Assembly (NCBI GenBank): GCA_001781995.1
Contig: MFNH01000063.1
Location: 1 to 49,455, forward strand
Direction: 5' to 3'
Origin: Candidatus Levybacteria bacterium RBG_16_35_11
Lineage (GTDB): Bacteria; Patescibacteriota; Microgenomatia; Levybacterales; UBA12049
DNA length: 49,455 bases
The notes below the pieces were generated by a model. It made no database searches and had not been told where the DNA came from. It saw only the letters and a list, made by a program, of their open reading frames with translations. A program made the translations under genes and the position numbers. Positions 1-8,989 of the stretch are shown here, one piece after another (the first letter of the stretch is position 1; the number at the start of each line of letters is the position of its first letter).

Positions 1-324
1 CCCAGCCTCAATAAAACCCTGAGCCAATAACCCAGTTACAATTTCTCTCTTGCTCTGTCGCTCAGGATCAGGAGATCTCCTTAAGCCTAATTCATTAAGA
101 AACTCTTCTATCGTCCCGGGAAGATCTTCAATAGGAATCAATAGTCCAGCCGTATCGCGCAGGTTCTTTTCTCCTTGCCTAAGTGAATCCAATAAATCAT
201 CCTTGCTAACTCCAGTCGAAGAGCAATAACCAGCGTATGCATCTTTTATGCCACGTAGAGCTCTCTTTCTCAGCGCAAATTGGTGCACTTCATCTTCAAA
301 AGATTCCCGTTCCCACTCACTCAT
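1..324 (-). CDS. hypothetical protein (N-terminal 108 codons; 3' end lies outside the window)
   Basis: Minus-strand frame open from ATG at 322-324 (MSEWERESFEDEVHQFALRKRAL...) to the window edge. TTGACC-16 nt-TATAAT ends 6 nt before the ATG. Missing from the ORF track because it is truncated. Confidence 0.5.
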   Translation of the reverse strand, partial: MSEWERESFEDEVHQFALRKRALRGIKDAYAGYCSSTGVSKDDLLDSLRQGEKNLRDTAGLLIPIEDLPGTIEEFLNELGLRRSPDPERQSKREIVTGLLAQGFIEAG

Positions 325-354
325 CCGGTGATTATACAAAATTTTTACAAAAGG

Positions 355-756
355 TCAAGTAGGATTTTGCATCAGGGGATTTTCTACCATTTGCATGATC
401 CCGAATTTGTTACCCTCAGTATCATTGCAATGATACATTGAGCCTACATTTGGAACGTCCATTTTGTCCGTAACTAGCTTTCCACCAGCTTCCAAAACCT
501 TTTTTGCACAAGTTTGGACATTTTCCACATCCATCGTGCAAATATATCCAGAATCTCCTTCGGAAGAAACGGGTTTTTCTCTTTTCATGAGTCCGCCGTC
601 AATCCCCGGCTCTTCTTTTGAGCCTGTGTTTATGAGCCAATACTCCTGTTCCCCTCCTCCCCACTTTTCAATTTTCCAGCCAAAAACTTTTTCGTAAAAT
701 GCTTTTGCCCTAGAAGTATCGTCTGTTGGTATTTCAAAGTGAACTGGTCTATTCAT
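355..756 (-). CDS. VOC family (glyoxalase/bleomycin-resistance fold) protein
   Basis: 133 aa. The VHFEIPTDD...AKAFYEKVFGW start is typical of the VOC fold. GGAGGTG Shine-Dalgarno lies just upstream. Confidence 0.7.
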   Translation of the reverse strand: MNRPVHFEIPTDDTSRAKAFYEKVFGWKIEKWGGGEQEYWLINTGSKEEPGIDGGLMKREKPVSSEGDSGYICTMDVENVQTCAKKVLEAGGKLVTDKMDVPNVGSMYHCNDTEGNKFGIMQMVENPLMQNPT

Positions 757-783
757 TTGTCACCTCCTTTGTCCGCCGAAGCT

Positions 784-1176
784 TTATGTGAAGGCGGATC
801 TTTCTAAGTATTCTTTTAAAGGATTGAAATAATAGTCATCCCAACCTTGATTTATGCTTTCGAAGTCATTGTCCGGAATATCATCGTGAATTAATTCAAC
901 TTCTGACTTGCCGTCCTTGTTGTTTATAAGTAATGTAACTATTGAGGGCTTATCCCAATTACCAGAATACCATTCTTGAACAATTTTTTTATTCTTAATC
1001 ATTTCTTTATTTTTGCCAAAAATATCTCCATCCCAAAGTTTAAAATTAGTTCCTTCTCTTTCATCCATAACCGCCGGGGATCCTGTCCACTTTTCTATTT
1101 CTTTTGGAATAGTTAACCCTTTCCAGATTTTAAAAGGTGAAGTATTTATAAGATATGATTTCTTTAAGCTTTTCAC
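784..1176 (-). CDS. SRPBCC/AHSA1 (START-like) family protein
   Basis: 130 aa. IWKGLT.P.EIEKW...NFKLWDG pattern resembles the Activator-of-Hsp90-ATPase-homolog/SRPBCC family. Confidence 0.55.
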   Translation of the reverse strand: MKSLKKSYLINTSPFKIWKGLTIPKEIEKWTGSPAVMDEREGTNFKLWDGDIFGKNKEMIKNKKIVQEWYSGNWDKPSIVTLLINNKDGKSEVELIHDDIPDNDFESINQGWDDYYFNPLKEYLERSAFT

Positions 1177-1233
1177 AAATTAACTATCTGATTACTAAAT
1201 AATGAACTGTTATTAATTAATGTAAGAAAAAGG

Positions 1234-1518
1234 TTAGACAATTTCCTCAACAACTGGAAGGAGTTTGCCTTCTGCTTCTTTTTCCATCTGATCAAGCCTT
1301 GTGTAGTAATCGCCGAATTCATTTAAATGAGCAAGGGCAATTTTCCCAGTCATTAGCGGATCATCATTTGTGACATTTGTGTTTGGATCAACTGTTCCAT
1401 GCTCAAGCTCTACATCCATTCCCATTCTAAATTGCTCAACATCCCATTTTGTCCAGTCAACCCTAAGCTTTTCCCCTATTTCTTTTGCTTCTTCAGCTGT
1501 AAAATGCTGCTTTGCCAT
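1234..1518 (-). CDS. conserved hypothetical protein (DUF5661-like, from memory)
   Basis: 94 aa. GMDVELEHG and NEFGDYY motifs. AGGAGG SD upstream. Confidence 0.5.
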   Translation of the reverse strand: MAKQHFTAEEAKEIGEKLRVDWTKWDVEQFRMGMDVELEHGTVDPNTNVTNDDPLMTGKIALAHLNEFGDYYTRLDQMEKEAEGKLLPVVEEIV

Positions 1519-1548
1519 AAACCTCCTTTCAGTTAAAAGTCTTTAAGA

Positions 1549-2100
1549 TTACTTGATGCTTAAAAGCTCAACGTCAAAGATTAAATTTGAATTTGGCGGA
1601 ATTACTCCGTTTCCGGCTCCTTTTTCACCGTAAGCAAGGGCAGATGGGATAAAAATTCTTCTTTTTCCTCCTTCTTTCATTCCAATTATTCCTATATCCC
1701 ATCCTGGTATAACCTGACCCACTCCAATTTGGACAATAAAAGGTTTATTGCGATCGTAAGAACTGTCGAATTTTTGCCCACTTTCCAAATAACCAACATA
1801 ATTAACTGCAATGGTATCCTCGCTTTTCACCTCTTTTCCGGTTCCAACTGTAAAATCTTGGATTTTTACCCCTCCTTCAAGTTCTAAAACTCCCGATTGC
1901 GTAGAGCTTTGGTTCACAGTGGGGTTTACCGGGTTTTGCGGGGCTTGAGAAACAGAAGGGCTAATTCCAAACGACAACGTAGGAGTTACATTTAATTTAT
2001 CGCGTGGAGATGACGATTTTTTCGTTGAATCTTGCCATGCTAAGATAATAAGAAGAACAATTACAATTGCTAAAATCAAATATAGAAATCTCTTTTCCAT
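1549..2100 (-). CDS. FKBP-type peptidyl-prolyl cis-trans isomerase, membrane-anchored
   Basis: N-terminal TM helix. C-terminal VNYVGYL.SG.KFDSSYDRNKPF...GVGQVIPGWD.G..GMK.GGKR...IP..LAYG is a classic FKBP signature. Confidence 0.85.
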   Translation of the reverse strand: MEKRFLYLILAIVIVLLIILAWQDSTKKSSSPRDKLNVTPTLSFGISPSVSQAPQNPVNPTVNQSSTQSGVLELEGGVKIQDFTVGTGKEVKSEDTIAVNYVGYLESGQKFDSSYDRNKPFIVQIGVGQVIPGWDIGIIGMKEGGKRRIFIPSALAYGEKGAGNGVIPPNSNLIFDVELLSIK

Positions 2101-2177
2101 TGATCGTTATTATACAATAAATTTGCAAATGTAGGATAATCTTTTTGTTGACTAACCAGTATATAATATAGCCAAGG

Positions 2178-3335
2178 ATGAAAAAGATTTTTCTTATTCC
2201 TCTTTTTTTAATTTTGGTTTTTTGTTTTAGTGCCCCTGTCTTTGCCGCAAATTTCTCACAAAAAAACGTTACCTTACCCAAAGATGAGATAGTTAATGGC
2301 GATTTTTTTGCTGGCGCTGGCAATGTTAGTGTTCATGGCACAGTTGAAGGAGATGTTTATGTTGCAGGAGGAAATGTTCTTGTTGATGGGACAATTAATG
2401 GAGACTTACTCGCTGCTGGAGGAACAATAATTATAAAGGGAAACATTGCTCACAACGTTAGAGCCGTAGGGGGAAATGTTGTTATTGATAATGCAAAAAT
2501 TGGTGGAAATGTAACCTTGGGCTCTGGCAATGTAACTTTGGCAGATACAAGTGAAGTTTTGGGTAGTCTTGTTGCCGGAGCAGGACAAGTTCAACTCCTA
2601 GGCCCAATTGGTAAGGAAATAAACGTTGCGGCAGGTAAGATTGTTGTGTCCAATAGTGTAAATGGAAATGCAAGAGTTGCAACCGGCAATTTGTCTCTTT
2701 CTAAATCGGCAAAAATAGAAGGCGATTTAACATATTGGAGTAATCAAAAATTAAATCTTTCAGAAGGCGCAACAGTTTCCGGAGAAATTCTGCAAAAAGC
2801 CCTTCCAAAATACGATATACAAGAATTTCAAAAAGGAACTGCTGTGGCTTTTTCCGGTTTTAAAATATTTTTTGGAATTGTTGGTTTTATTGCCGCATAT
2901 ATAATCGGGCTTTTGCTTATTTATCTTCTTCCCGTTTTCACAAAAAGCGTCTCCAATGTTTTAAAAAAGAGATTTTGGCTTAGTTTTGGTATTGGAGTTT
3001 TGGGAGCAATCTTAACTCCAATTATTTTTGTAGTACTTTTAATTAGTCTTATTGGAATCCCAATTGCATTTATTTTTGTTTTTATAATGATCTTGCTTTT
3101 CTACTTTAGCAAGATTTATGTTTCTTACGTTTTGGGAGAGAAAATTTTCTCCGAAAATCAAAAAGTATCAAAGGCATTAATCTTATTTGTAGGACTTTTA
3201 GCTTTCAGTATAATTGCCTTAATCCCCTTTATTGGAGCAATATTTAAAACAGTTGCGGTTTTGTTTGGTTTTGGAGCCTTACTTATTTCTGAAAGAGATT
3301 ACCTGCTTCTTCTTCGCTCCAAAAAATTAGTCTAA
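2178..3335 (+). CDS. exported beta-helical (bactofilin/polymer-forming-like repeat) domain fused to a polytopic membrane domain
   Basis: Sec-type signal peptide (..SAPVFA/AN). Then ~10 degenerate G(D/N)V.V.G.V.GDL repeats. The C-terminal ~150 aa form 4-5 hydrophobic helices. Confidence 0.6.
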   Translation: MKKIFLIPLFLILVFCFSAPVFAANFSQKNVTLPKDEIVNGDFFAGAGNVSVHGTVEGDVYVAGGNVLVDGTINGDLLAAGGTIIIKGNIAHNVRAVGGNVVIDNAKIGGNVTLGSGNVTLADTSEVLGSLVAGAGQVQLLGPIGKEINVAAGKIVVSNSVNGNARVATGNLSLSKSAKIEGDLTYWSNQKLNLSEGATVSGEILQKALPKYDIQEFQKGTAVAFSGFKIFFGIVGFIAAYIIGLLLIYLLPVFTKSVSNVLKKRFWLSFGIGVLGAILTPIIFVVLLISLIGIPIAFIFVFIMILLFYFSKIYVSYVLGEKIFSENQKVSKALILFVGLLAFSIIALIPFIGAIFKTVAVLFGFGALLISERDYLLLLRSKKLV

Positions 3336-3367
3336 GTGGGTTTTGAATTTGTGCTACAATTTTATTA

Positions 3368-4213
3368 ATGACTTCCTCTTTAAGCAAGGAAAAATTAGCT
3401 GATCTTTTGAAAAAAGCAAACCAATTAAGAGTGTTTGTAATTGAAATGCTTAGTGAGGCGAGATCCGGGCATACTGCCGGATCTTTAGGGATGGCGGATA
3501 TTTTTACCGCTTTTTATTTCCACATTTTAAAACATGATCCTAAAAATCCAACTTTTGAAGATAGAGACAGGCTGGTTTTGTCTAATGGCCATATTTGTCC
3601 TGTGCAATATGCGGCAATGGCCCTATCGGGATACTTCCCCGTTGATGAATTAAAGACATTGCGAAAAATTGGGTCAAGATTGCAAGGACATCCCCATCGC
3701 ACCTCACCTCCCGGAATTGAAACCACATCCGGACCCTTAGGCGAAGGTTTGTCTCAGGCAATTGGAATGGCGCTTGCCAAAAAACTAGATAGTAAGGATT
3801 TTCATATTTATTGCTTAACCTCGGATGGCGAGCATGATGAAGGAAACCACTGGGAGGCTGTTATGTTTGCGGGGAAAAATAAGTTATCAAGTATAACTCA
3901 AGTCGTCGACAGAAATAATATTCAGATATGTGGTAAAACCGAAGATGTAATGCCGCTTGAACCCCTTTCGGAAAAGTATAAAGCATTTAACTGGGCTGTT
4001 TTTGAAATTGACGGAAATAACATTAAGGAATTTATAGAAGCTGTAGGAAAAGCAAGAGAAATTCTAGAGAAACCGGTTGTAATAATCGCAAAAACCATTC
4101 CGGGAAAAGGTGTTTCTTTTATGGAAAACGATTATTTATGGCATGGAAAAGCGCCGACAAAAGAAGAAGCGGAACGAGCTCTAAAAGAATTGAATAGTTA
4201 TATGGCTGAATAG
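3368..4213 (+). CDS. transketolase, N-terminal (TPP-binding) subunit
   Basis: 281 aa. GH.GGSLG, DRLVLS.GH and SDGE..EG motifs. Split-gene arrangement with the next ORF. Confidence 0.9.
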   Translation: MTSSLSKEKLADLLKKANQLRVFVIEMLSEARSGHTAGSLGMADIFTAFYFHILKHDPKNPTFEDRDRLVLSNGHICPVQYAAMALSGYFPVDELKTLRKIGSRLQGHPHRTSPPGIETTSGPLGEGLSQAIGMALAKKLDSKDFHIYCLTSDGEHDEGNHWEAVMFAGKNKLSSITQVVDRNNIQICGKTEDVMPLEPLSEKYKAFNWAVFEIDGNNIKEFIEAVGKAREILEKPVVIIAKTIPGKGVSFMENDYLWHGKAPTKEEAERALKELNSYMAE

Positions 4214-4261
4214 TTAGATAGCTATGCAACAATCATCTATTTAGCTATTGAATTTAATAAA

Positions 4262-5236
4262 ATGTTAAATTCCGATTTGAAATTAAACGAAAACTTATTT
4301 AGCGCTAATGTTGAACAAAAAGCAACCCGTGAGGGTTTTGGAGAGGGTTTATCTGAACTAGGAGAAAGAAATCAAAATGTTGTTGTCTTATCTGCCGACC
4401 TTTCCGAATCTACAAAAGCAGAGGATTTTGCCAAAAAATATCCCAATCGCTATTTTGAATGCGGAGTTGCAGAGCAAAATATGGTAGCAATTGCAGCCGG
4501 ACTTGGAGTATCGGGAAAAATTCCTTTTGTTTGCTCTTATTCAGTTTTTTCCCCTGGCAAAGCCTGGGAAACCGTCCGAACAACAATTATATATAACAAT
4601 TCCAATGTCAAAATTGCCGGACACCATGCTGGGATTATGACAGGTCCGGATGGCGCAACTCACCAAGCAACCGAGGATATTGCATCTGTAAGAGCTTGGC
4701 CGGGAATTCAAATATTTTCCCCATGTGATGCAATTGAGGCAAAAAAAGCAACTTTGAAATCTGCTGAAATAGTTGGACCTGTTTATTTAAGGCTAAGTAG
4801 AGAAAAAATTCCGACAATTACTACCGATCAAACACCGTTTGAGGATATTCAACTTTTTTGGATAAGTAAGCAACCAAAAACAGTAATTTTTGCAACCGGT
4901 CATGTTTTATACCAAGCCCTTTTAGCTGCAAGGGAACTGGAAGAAGAAGGGATAAATGTGTTAGTTGCAAACGTTGCCGTTATTAAACCGTTGAATGAGC
5001 AAAAAATAGTTGAATTTGCAAAGCAAGCAGGAAAAGTTGTAACGGTTGAAGACCATCAGATTAAAGGTGGAATGGGAAGTGCAATTGCCGAAGTTTTAGC
5101 AAAAGAATATCCCACAAAAATGGAATTTGTGGGACTTAAGGATACCTTCGCTGAATCTGGGAAATGGCCGGAACTGATGTTAAAATATGGATTGGACTCA
5201 AAAACTATAAAACAGGCAGTTAAGAAATTGGTTTAA
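4262..5236 (+). CDS. transketolase, C-terminal (pyrimidine-binding) subunit
   Basis: 324 aa. R..FG..L.ELG, ECGVAEQNMV and GPDG.THQ..EDIA motifs. Confidence 0.9.
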   Translation: MLNSDLKLNENLFSANVEQKATREGFGEGLSELGERNQNVVVLSADLSESTKAEDFAKKYPNRYFECGVAEQNMVAIAAGLGVSGKIPFVCSYSVFSPGKAWETVRTTIIYNNSNVKIAGHHAGIMTGPDGATHQATEDIASVRAWPGIQIFSPCDAIEAKKATLKSAEIVGPVYLRLSREKIPTITTDQTPFEDIQLFWISKQPKTVIFATGHVLYQALLAARELEEEGINVLVANVAVIKPLNEQKIVEFAKQAGKVVTVEDHQIKGGMGSAIAEVLAKEYPTKMEFVGLKDTFAESGKWPELMLKYGLDSKTIKQAVKKLV

Positions 5237-6587
5237 GCTTAGTTTCTCCGTCTCTATCTTCTACGTCAAAACCGAATTTTCTTATCTTATGCCTTATTTG
5301 ATCTGCTAAATGGTATCTTTTTTCTTTTCTTAAACCTTCTCTTTTTTTAACAAGTTCAAAAACTTCCTTTGGAATAATAACTTCCCTCTCTTTCTTTTTC
5401 TCACCTGGAATTACCTTATCAAGTCTAAGTCCTAAAACCTTATCAAATTTTAGTAAGGCTCCCGCTTTTAGTGCCGGGTCATCTTTTGAATTAACCAAAT
5501 CCCAAACAACTGCCAGCGCTTTTGGCATGTTTAAGTCATCATTTATTGCATCGTAAAAATCCCTCTCTGTTTCCAAGTATTCATATTTTGACTCACCCAT
5601 TAAAGATAGTTCCTCTTTTAATCTATTAAGTGTTTTTTGCGCACCATCCAATGCCCCAAAAGTAAAATTCATTTCCTGCCTAAAGTGGGTTTGCAGATAT
5701 AAATAGCGAAGCGCAAGCGGATCAAATTTCCTTTTTTCAATATCTTCAATTGTATAAAAATTATTCAACGATTTACTCATTTTTTTACCGTCAACAAGCA
5801 TATGAGCTCCATGAACCCAATATTTTACAAAGGGTGATTCCCCTGTTTTTACCTCGGCTTGAGCAATTTCGTTCTCATGATGAGGAAAAATTAAATCAAC
5901 TCCACCTAAATGAATATCGAATTTGTTCCCTAAAAATTCCTGACTCATTACCGCACACTCAATGTGCCAGCCAGGTCTTCCTTTCCCCCACGGTGAATCA
6001 AAACCTACTTCGTCTTCTCCGACAGATTTCCAAAGAGCAAAATCCCGAACATTATCTTTTTCATAATTATCCGCCAAGACCTTACTTCCTGTTTTTAATT
6101 CTCTTTTTTCAAGTTGCGATAATTTTCCGTAATTTGGGAATTTTGATATGTCAAAGTAAATAGAACCCTTTTCTTCATAGGCAAATCCTTTTTTGACCAA
6201 ATCCGCAACGTAAGCAACCATTTTTTTTATGTATTCCGTTGCCTTTGGGGTTGCTGCTAGTTTTTCTGTCTTTATATTTAACTTTTTAACATCCTCTAAG
6301 AAAATTTTCGTGAATTTATCGGCAATTTCTTCAATAGTATTATTTTCATCTTTGGCTTTATTTATGATTTTGTCATCTATGTCGGTGATATTTTCAACAG
6401 CCTTAACGTTAAATCCATTATATTCCAAAACCCTCTGGAGAGTATCTGAAAGAACAAAGGTTCTTAAATTCCCAATATGCATGTAGTCGTAAACTGTAGG
6501 CCCACAGGTATACATTTTTACATCCGGAGGATTTATGGGCTGGAACTTCTCAATTTTTCGAGTTAGCGTGTTATAAATTCTTAGCAT
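5220..6587 (-). CDS. cysS: cysteine--tRNA ligase
   Basis: 455 aa. MYTCGPTVYDYMHIGN (HIGH region), WHIECAVM and KMSKSLNN (KMSKS) motifs. Confidence 0.95.
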   Translation of the reverse strand: MLRIYNTLTRKIEKFQPINPPDVKMYTCGPTVYDYMHIGNLRTFVLSDTLQRVLEYNGFNVKAVENITDIDDKIINKAKDENNTIEEIADKFTKIFLEDVKKLNIKTEKLAATPKATEYIKKMVAYVADLVKKGFAYEEKGSIYFDISKFPNYGKLSQLEKRELKTGSKVLADNYEKDNVRDFALWKSVGEDEVGFDSPWGKGRPGWHIECAVMSQEFLGNKFDIHLGGVDLIFPHHENEIAQAEVKTGESPFVKYWVHGAHMLVDGKKMSKSLNNFYTIEDIEKRKFDPLALRYLYLQTHFRQEMNFTFGALDGAQKTLNRLKEELSLMGESKYEYLETERDFYDAINDDLNMPKALAVVWDLVNSKDDPALKAGALLKFDKVLGLRLDKVIPGEKKKEREVIIPKEVFELVKKREGLRKEKRYHLADQIRHKIRKFGFDVEDRDGETKLKPIS

Positions 6588-6593
6588 ATTAAA

Positions 6594-7115
6594 CTAGCCG
6601 CTTGCGCCGGGGAATTTTTCCACCCGCTGTTGTGCTTTTTGAACTATTGGCGGCGGTTTTTTCTTCTCTTTCTCATGAAGTTCGATCTTTTCTTCTTTTT
6701 TTTCCTGTTCAACTTTTTCGGCAGGTCTTTCTTCCGGTTTTTGTTTTGGAGGATTAAATGTTGGCTCAAAGTAGGTTTTCATATGCAGTTCTTGTCTTAA
6801 TTTTGCTAGCTTTTGCTTATCTTCTGCCTTTTTTACCTCCTGAGCCTGGCTAGGGCTTGCCGGTTGATTTTGATTGGTTACTTGTGGTTGATTTTTTTGT
6901 CCAGTAGCTATTGGTTTATCTTTTATTCCGTAAAGGTCTTTCACAAAATTTTCATCAACTTTTCCAACTTGAGTAGGAGACGCTTGATCTATTGTAGAAT
7001 CCCCAGCAACCTGCGAAACTGCTGCTTTTGCGGTATCTGTAACCTGCTTTTTTACCGTTTTTACAGCAGATTGGCCTTTTTCTAAAATTTCCCCCATCAT
7101 TCCTGCTTTATCCAT
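6594..7115 (-). CDS. hypothetical K/E/Q-rich low-complexity protein
   Basis: 173 aa. Overlaps the recR stop by 8 nt. No recognisable domain. Confidence 0.45.
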   Translation of the reverse strand: MDKAGMMGEILEKGQSAVKTVKKQVTDTAKAAVSQVAGDSTIDQASPTQVGKVDENFVKDLYGIKDKPIATGQKNQPQVTNQNQPASPSQAQEVKKAEDKQKLAKLRQELHMKTYFEPTFNPPKQKPEERPAEKVEQEKKEEKIELHEKEKKKPPPIVQKAQQRVEKFPGASG

Positions 7116-7728
7116 AATCAGATCTTCCTTCCATTGCCCTTTGCAGGGTTATTTCGTCAGCATACTCTAAATCCGCACCTACTGGCAACCCTCTTCCAAT
7201 CCTAGTTAGTTTTATGTGTGAGTGGCTGTTTTTTATTTGTTTACCTATATACATTGCCGTTGCTTCCCCTTCCATGGTGGGATTAGTAGCTAGGATAACT
7301 TCCGATATTTTTTTCCCATTCCCCTCGTAAATTTTAATTCTTCTTAATAATTGCTTAATATATATTTCATCTGGGCCAATACTGTTAAGAGGATCTATCT
7401 TGCCATGTAAAATATGATAAACCCCTTTATATTTGCCATTTTTTTCTAAGGCATAAACATCCAATGGTTGCTCTACAACGCAAATTGTTTCTTGGTCTCG
7501 TTCTTTATTTTGGCAGATATCGCATGGATCGGATTCTCCAATCATAAGACAGCTTGAGCATAAAATTGTTCCTTTTTTTAAATCCTGGACTGAATTTGCA
7601 AACTTATCTAATTCACCCTGTGGAACGTGTAGTAGGTAAAAAGTTAATCTTTGAGCCGATTTAGGCCCGATTCCCGGAAGTCTTTCAAAAGACTCAATTA
7701 AATTTTGAATTGCTTTTGGAACCTTCAT
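7108..7728 (-). CDS. recR: recombination protein RecR
   Basis: LPGIGPKSAQRL HhH motif, C4 zinc finger (CSSC...CDIC) and Toprim region. I chose the ATG at 7728 (MKVPKAIQNLIESF) rather than the upstream TTG at 7737. Confidence 0.9.
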   Translation of the reverse strand: MKVPKAIQNLIESFERLPGIGPKSAQRLTFYLLHVPQGELDKFANSVQDLKKGTILCSSCLMIGESDPCDICQNKERDQETICVVEQPLDVYALEKNGKYKGVYHILHGKIDPLNSIGPDEIYIKQLLRRIKIYEGNGKKISEVILATNPTMEGEATAMYIGKQIKNSHSHIKLTRIGRGLPVGADLEYADEITLQRAMEGRSDYG

Positions 7729-7759
7729 AGTCGGCAACTAGAGGCTAAGTAGCTAGCAA

Positions 7760-8668
7760 CTAGTTTCTAAGTGATTTTTCTATTATATCAACAACCGAAA
7801 GAACTTCGAGATTTTCAAATTGTTTTTCCTTTGGAATATAGACTGTGTCTGTAACAAAAATTTTTCCTGTTCTTACTTTTTCAAGTATTTGCTTGGCATT
7901 TCCGGAAAAAATAGGATGGGTTACAAAAACATAAACCTCTCTTGCTCCCCTTTCCAGTAAAAGATTTACTGCAGTTTTAATTGTTTGTCCTGTTGAAATC
8001 ATGTCATCAACAATTATTGCCCTTTTTCCTTTTACGTCCCCCTCTATTTTTTTTGCCAGGACCGAACCAGTTTTCAAATTTCTATCTTTTTCAATTGTCG
8101 CATAGGGCATTTTTTCAAGCTCTTCGGATAATATTTTTATTCTTCTTATCCCGCCCATGTCCGGAGAAACCAAAACAGAGTCGGATTTATGATTTACCAA
8201 TTCAAGTTCCTTTATTTTTTTTGCAAACAAGGAAAGGGCAGATAAATGAACTATCGGGATTTTAAAAAGCTCTGGTGTTTTTATGGAATGAAGGTCAATT
8301 GTTATAATTTTTGAGACTCCAACAGCTTGAAGCGTTTCTACAATTACTTCCAAAGAGACTGCTTCGCCATCTCTAAAAACATGATCTTGTCTTTGATAGC
8401 CAAAATAGGGAATAACTGCCGTAATTGAACATGCGCCGCTTCGTTTTAGGGCATCGGCTATGAAAAATAGCTCCATATAATTATTGTCTGCAGGTGTTGA
8501 TGTTGGCTGGATAATTACAGCATCTTCATCTACAACCTTATCCAAGACTCTAATTCTTTTTTCTAAGTCAGGAAAGACAAAAATTTCCAAAGGTGAAAGT
8601 TTTAAATTCAATTTTTCGGCAATTTTTTGAGCCAATGGTTTATTTGAAGTTCCACTAAAAATTTTCAT
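7760..8668 (-). CDS. prs: ribose-phosphate pyrophosphokinase
   Basis: 302 aa. FSG.SN..LA..IA, DLHS and the VDDMISTGQT PRPP-binding loop. Leaderless-type promoter (TTGCTT-17-TAAAAT-6-ATG). Confidence 0.92.
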   Translation of the reverse strand: MKIFSGTSNKPLAQKIAEKLNLKLSPLEIFVFPDLEKRIRVLDKVVDEDAVIIQPTSTPADNNYMELFFIADALKRSGACSITAVIPYFGYQRQDHVFRDGEAVSLEVIVETLQAVGVSKIITIDLHSIKTPELFKIPIVHLSALSLFAKKIKELELVNHKSDSVLVSPDMGGIRRIKILSEELEKMPYATIEKDRNLKTGSVLAKKIEGDVKGKRAIIVDDMISTGQTIKTAVNLLLERGAREVYVFVTHPIFSGNAKQILEKVRTGKIFVTDTVYIPKEKQFENLEVLSVVDIIEKSLRN

Positions 8669-8705
8669 TCATTTATTTTACTATGCTTTTTTTTGCGAAG
8701 CAATT

Positions 8706-8984
8706 TTACTTTCCCAAGAGTCCCCCTAAGCCCCCTTCCATTTGCGAAAGCTTTCTAGCAGCAATTTCCTGGGACTTTTTAACAGCTTCATTTATTGCTT
8801 CTTTTATATCGTCATCTCCCCTTCCGTTTGTTTTTATTTCTTTGATTTTTTGATCCCCGGCGATTAAAATTTCGACTCCGTTTTTTTCAACCCATATTTC
8901 CTCTGCTTGAAGCTCTTTTTGGATTTTCATTGCAGAATCTCGCATTTTTTTTAGTTCTCCAAGTTGTCCGAAAGGATTAAACAT
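8706..8984 (-). CDS. ybaB: YbaB/EbfC family nucleoid-associated protein
   Basis: Small protein between dnaX and recR, the classic dnaX-ybaB-recR order. The ATG at 8984 is preceded by GGAGGTGA. The track start at 8993 is a GTG inside the SD. Confidence 0.85.
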   Translation of the reverse strand: MFNPFGQLGELKKMRDSAMKIQKELQAEEIWVEKNGVEILIAGDQKIKEIKTNGRGDDDIKEAINEAVKKSQEIAARKLSQMEGGLGGLLGK

Positions 8985-8989
8985 AAAAA

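Noticed and set aside
464-697. Many short ORFs nested antisense in housekeeping genes (e.g. 464-697, 5750-6163, 6229-6486, 7981-8265, 9185-9439, 13377-13664, 47608-47952).
   Set aside because: They lie fully inside strongly supported genes on the opposite strand. Their composition is low-complexity F/L/S-rich, typical of AT-rich antisense frames.
1997-2323. 108-aa minus-strand ORF spanning the FKBP start and the divergent promoter region.
   Set aside because: It overlaps two well-supported genes and their intergenic promoter. No motif or start signal.
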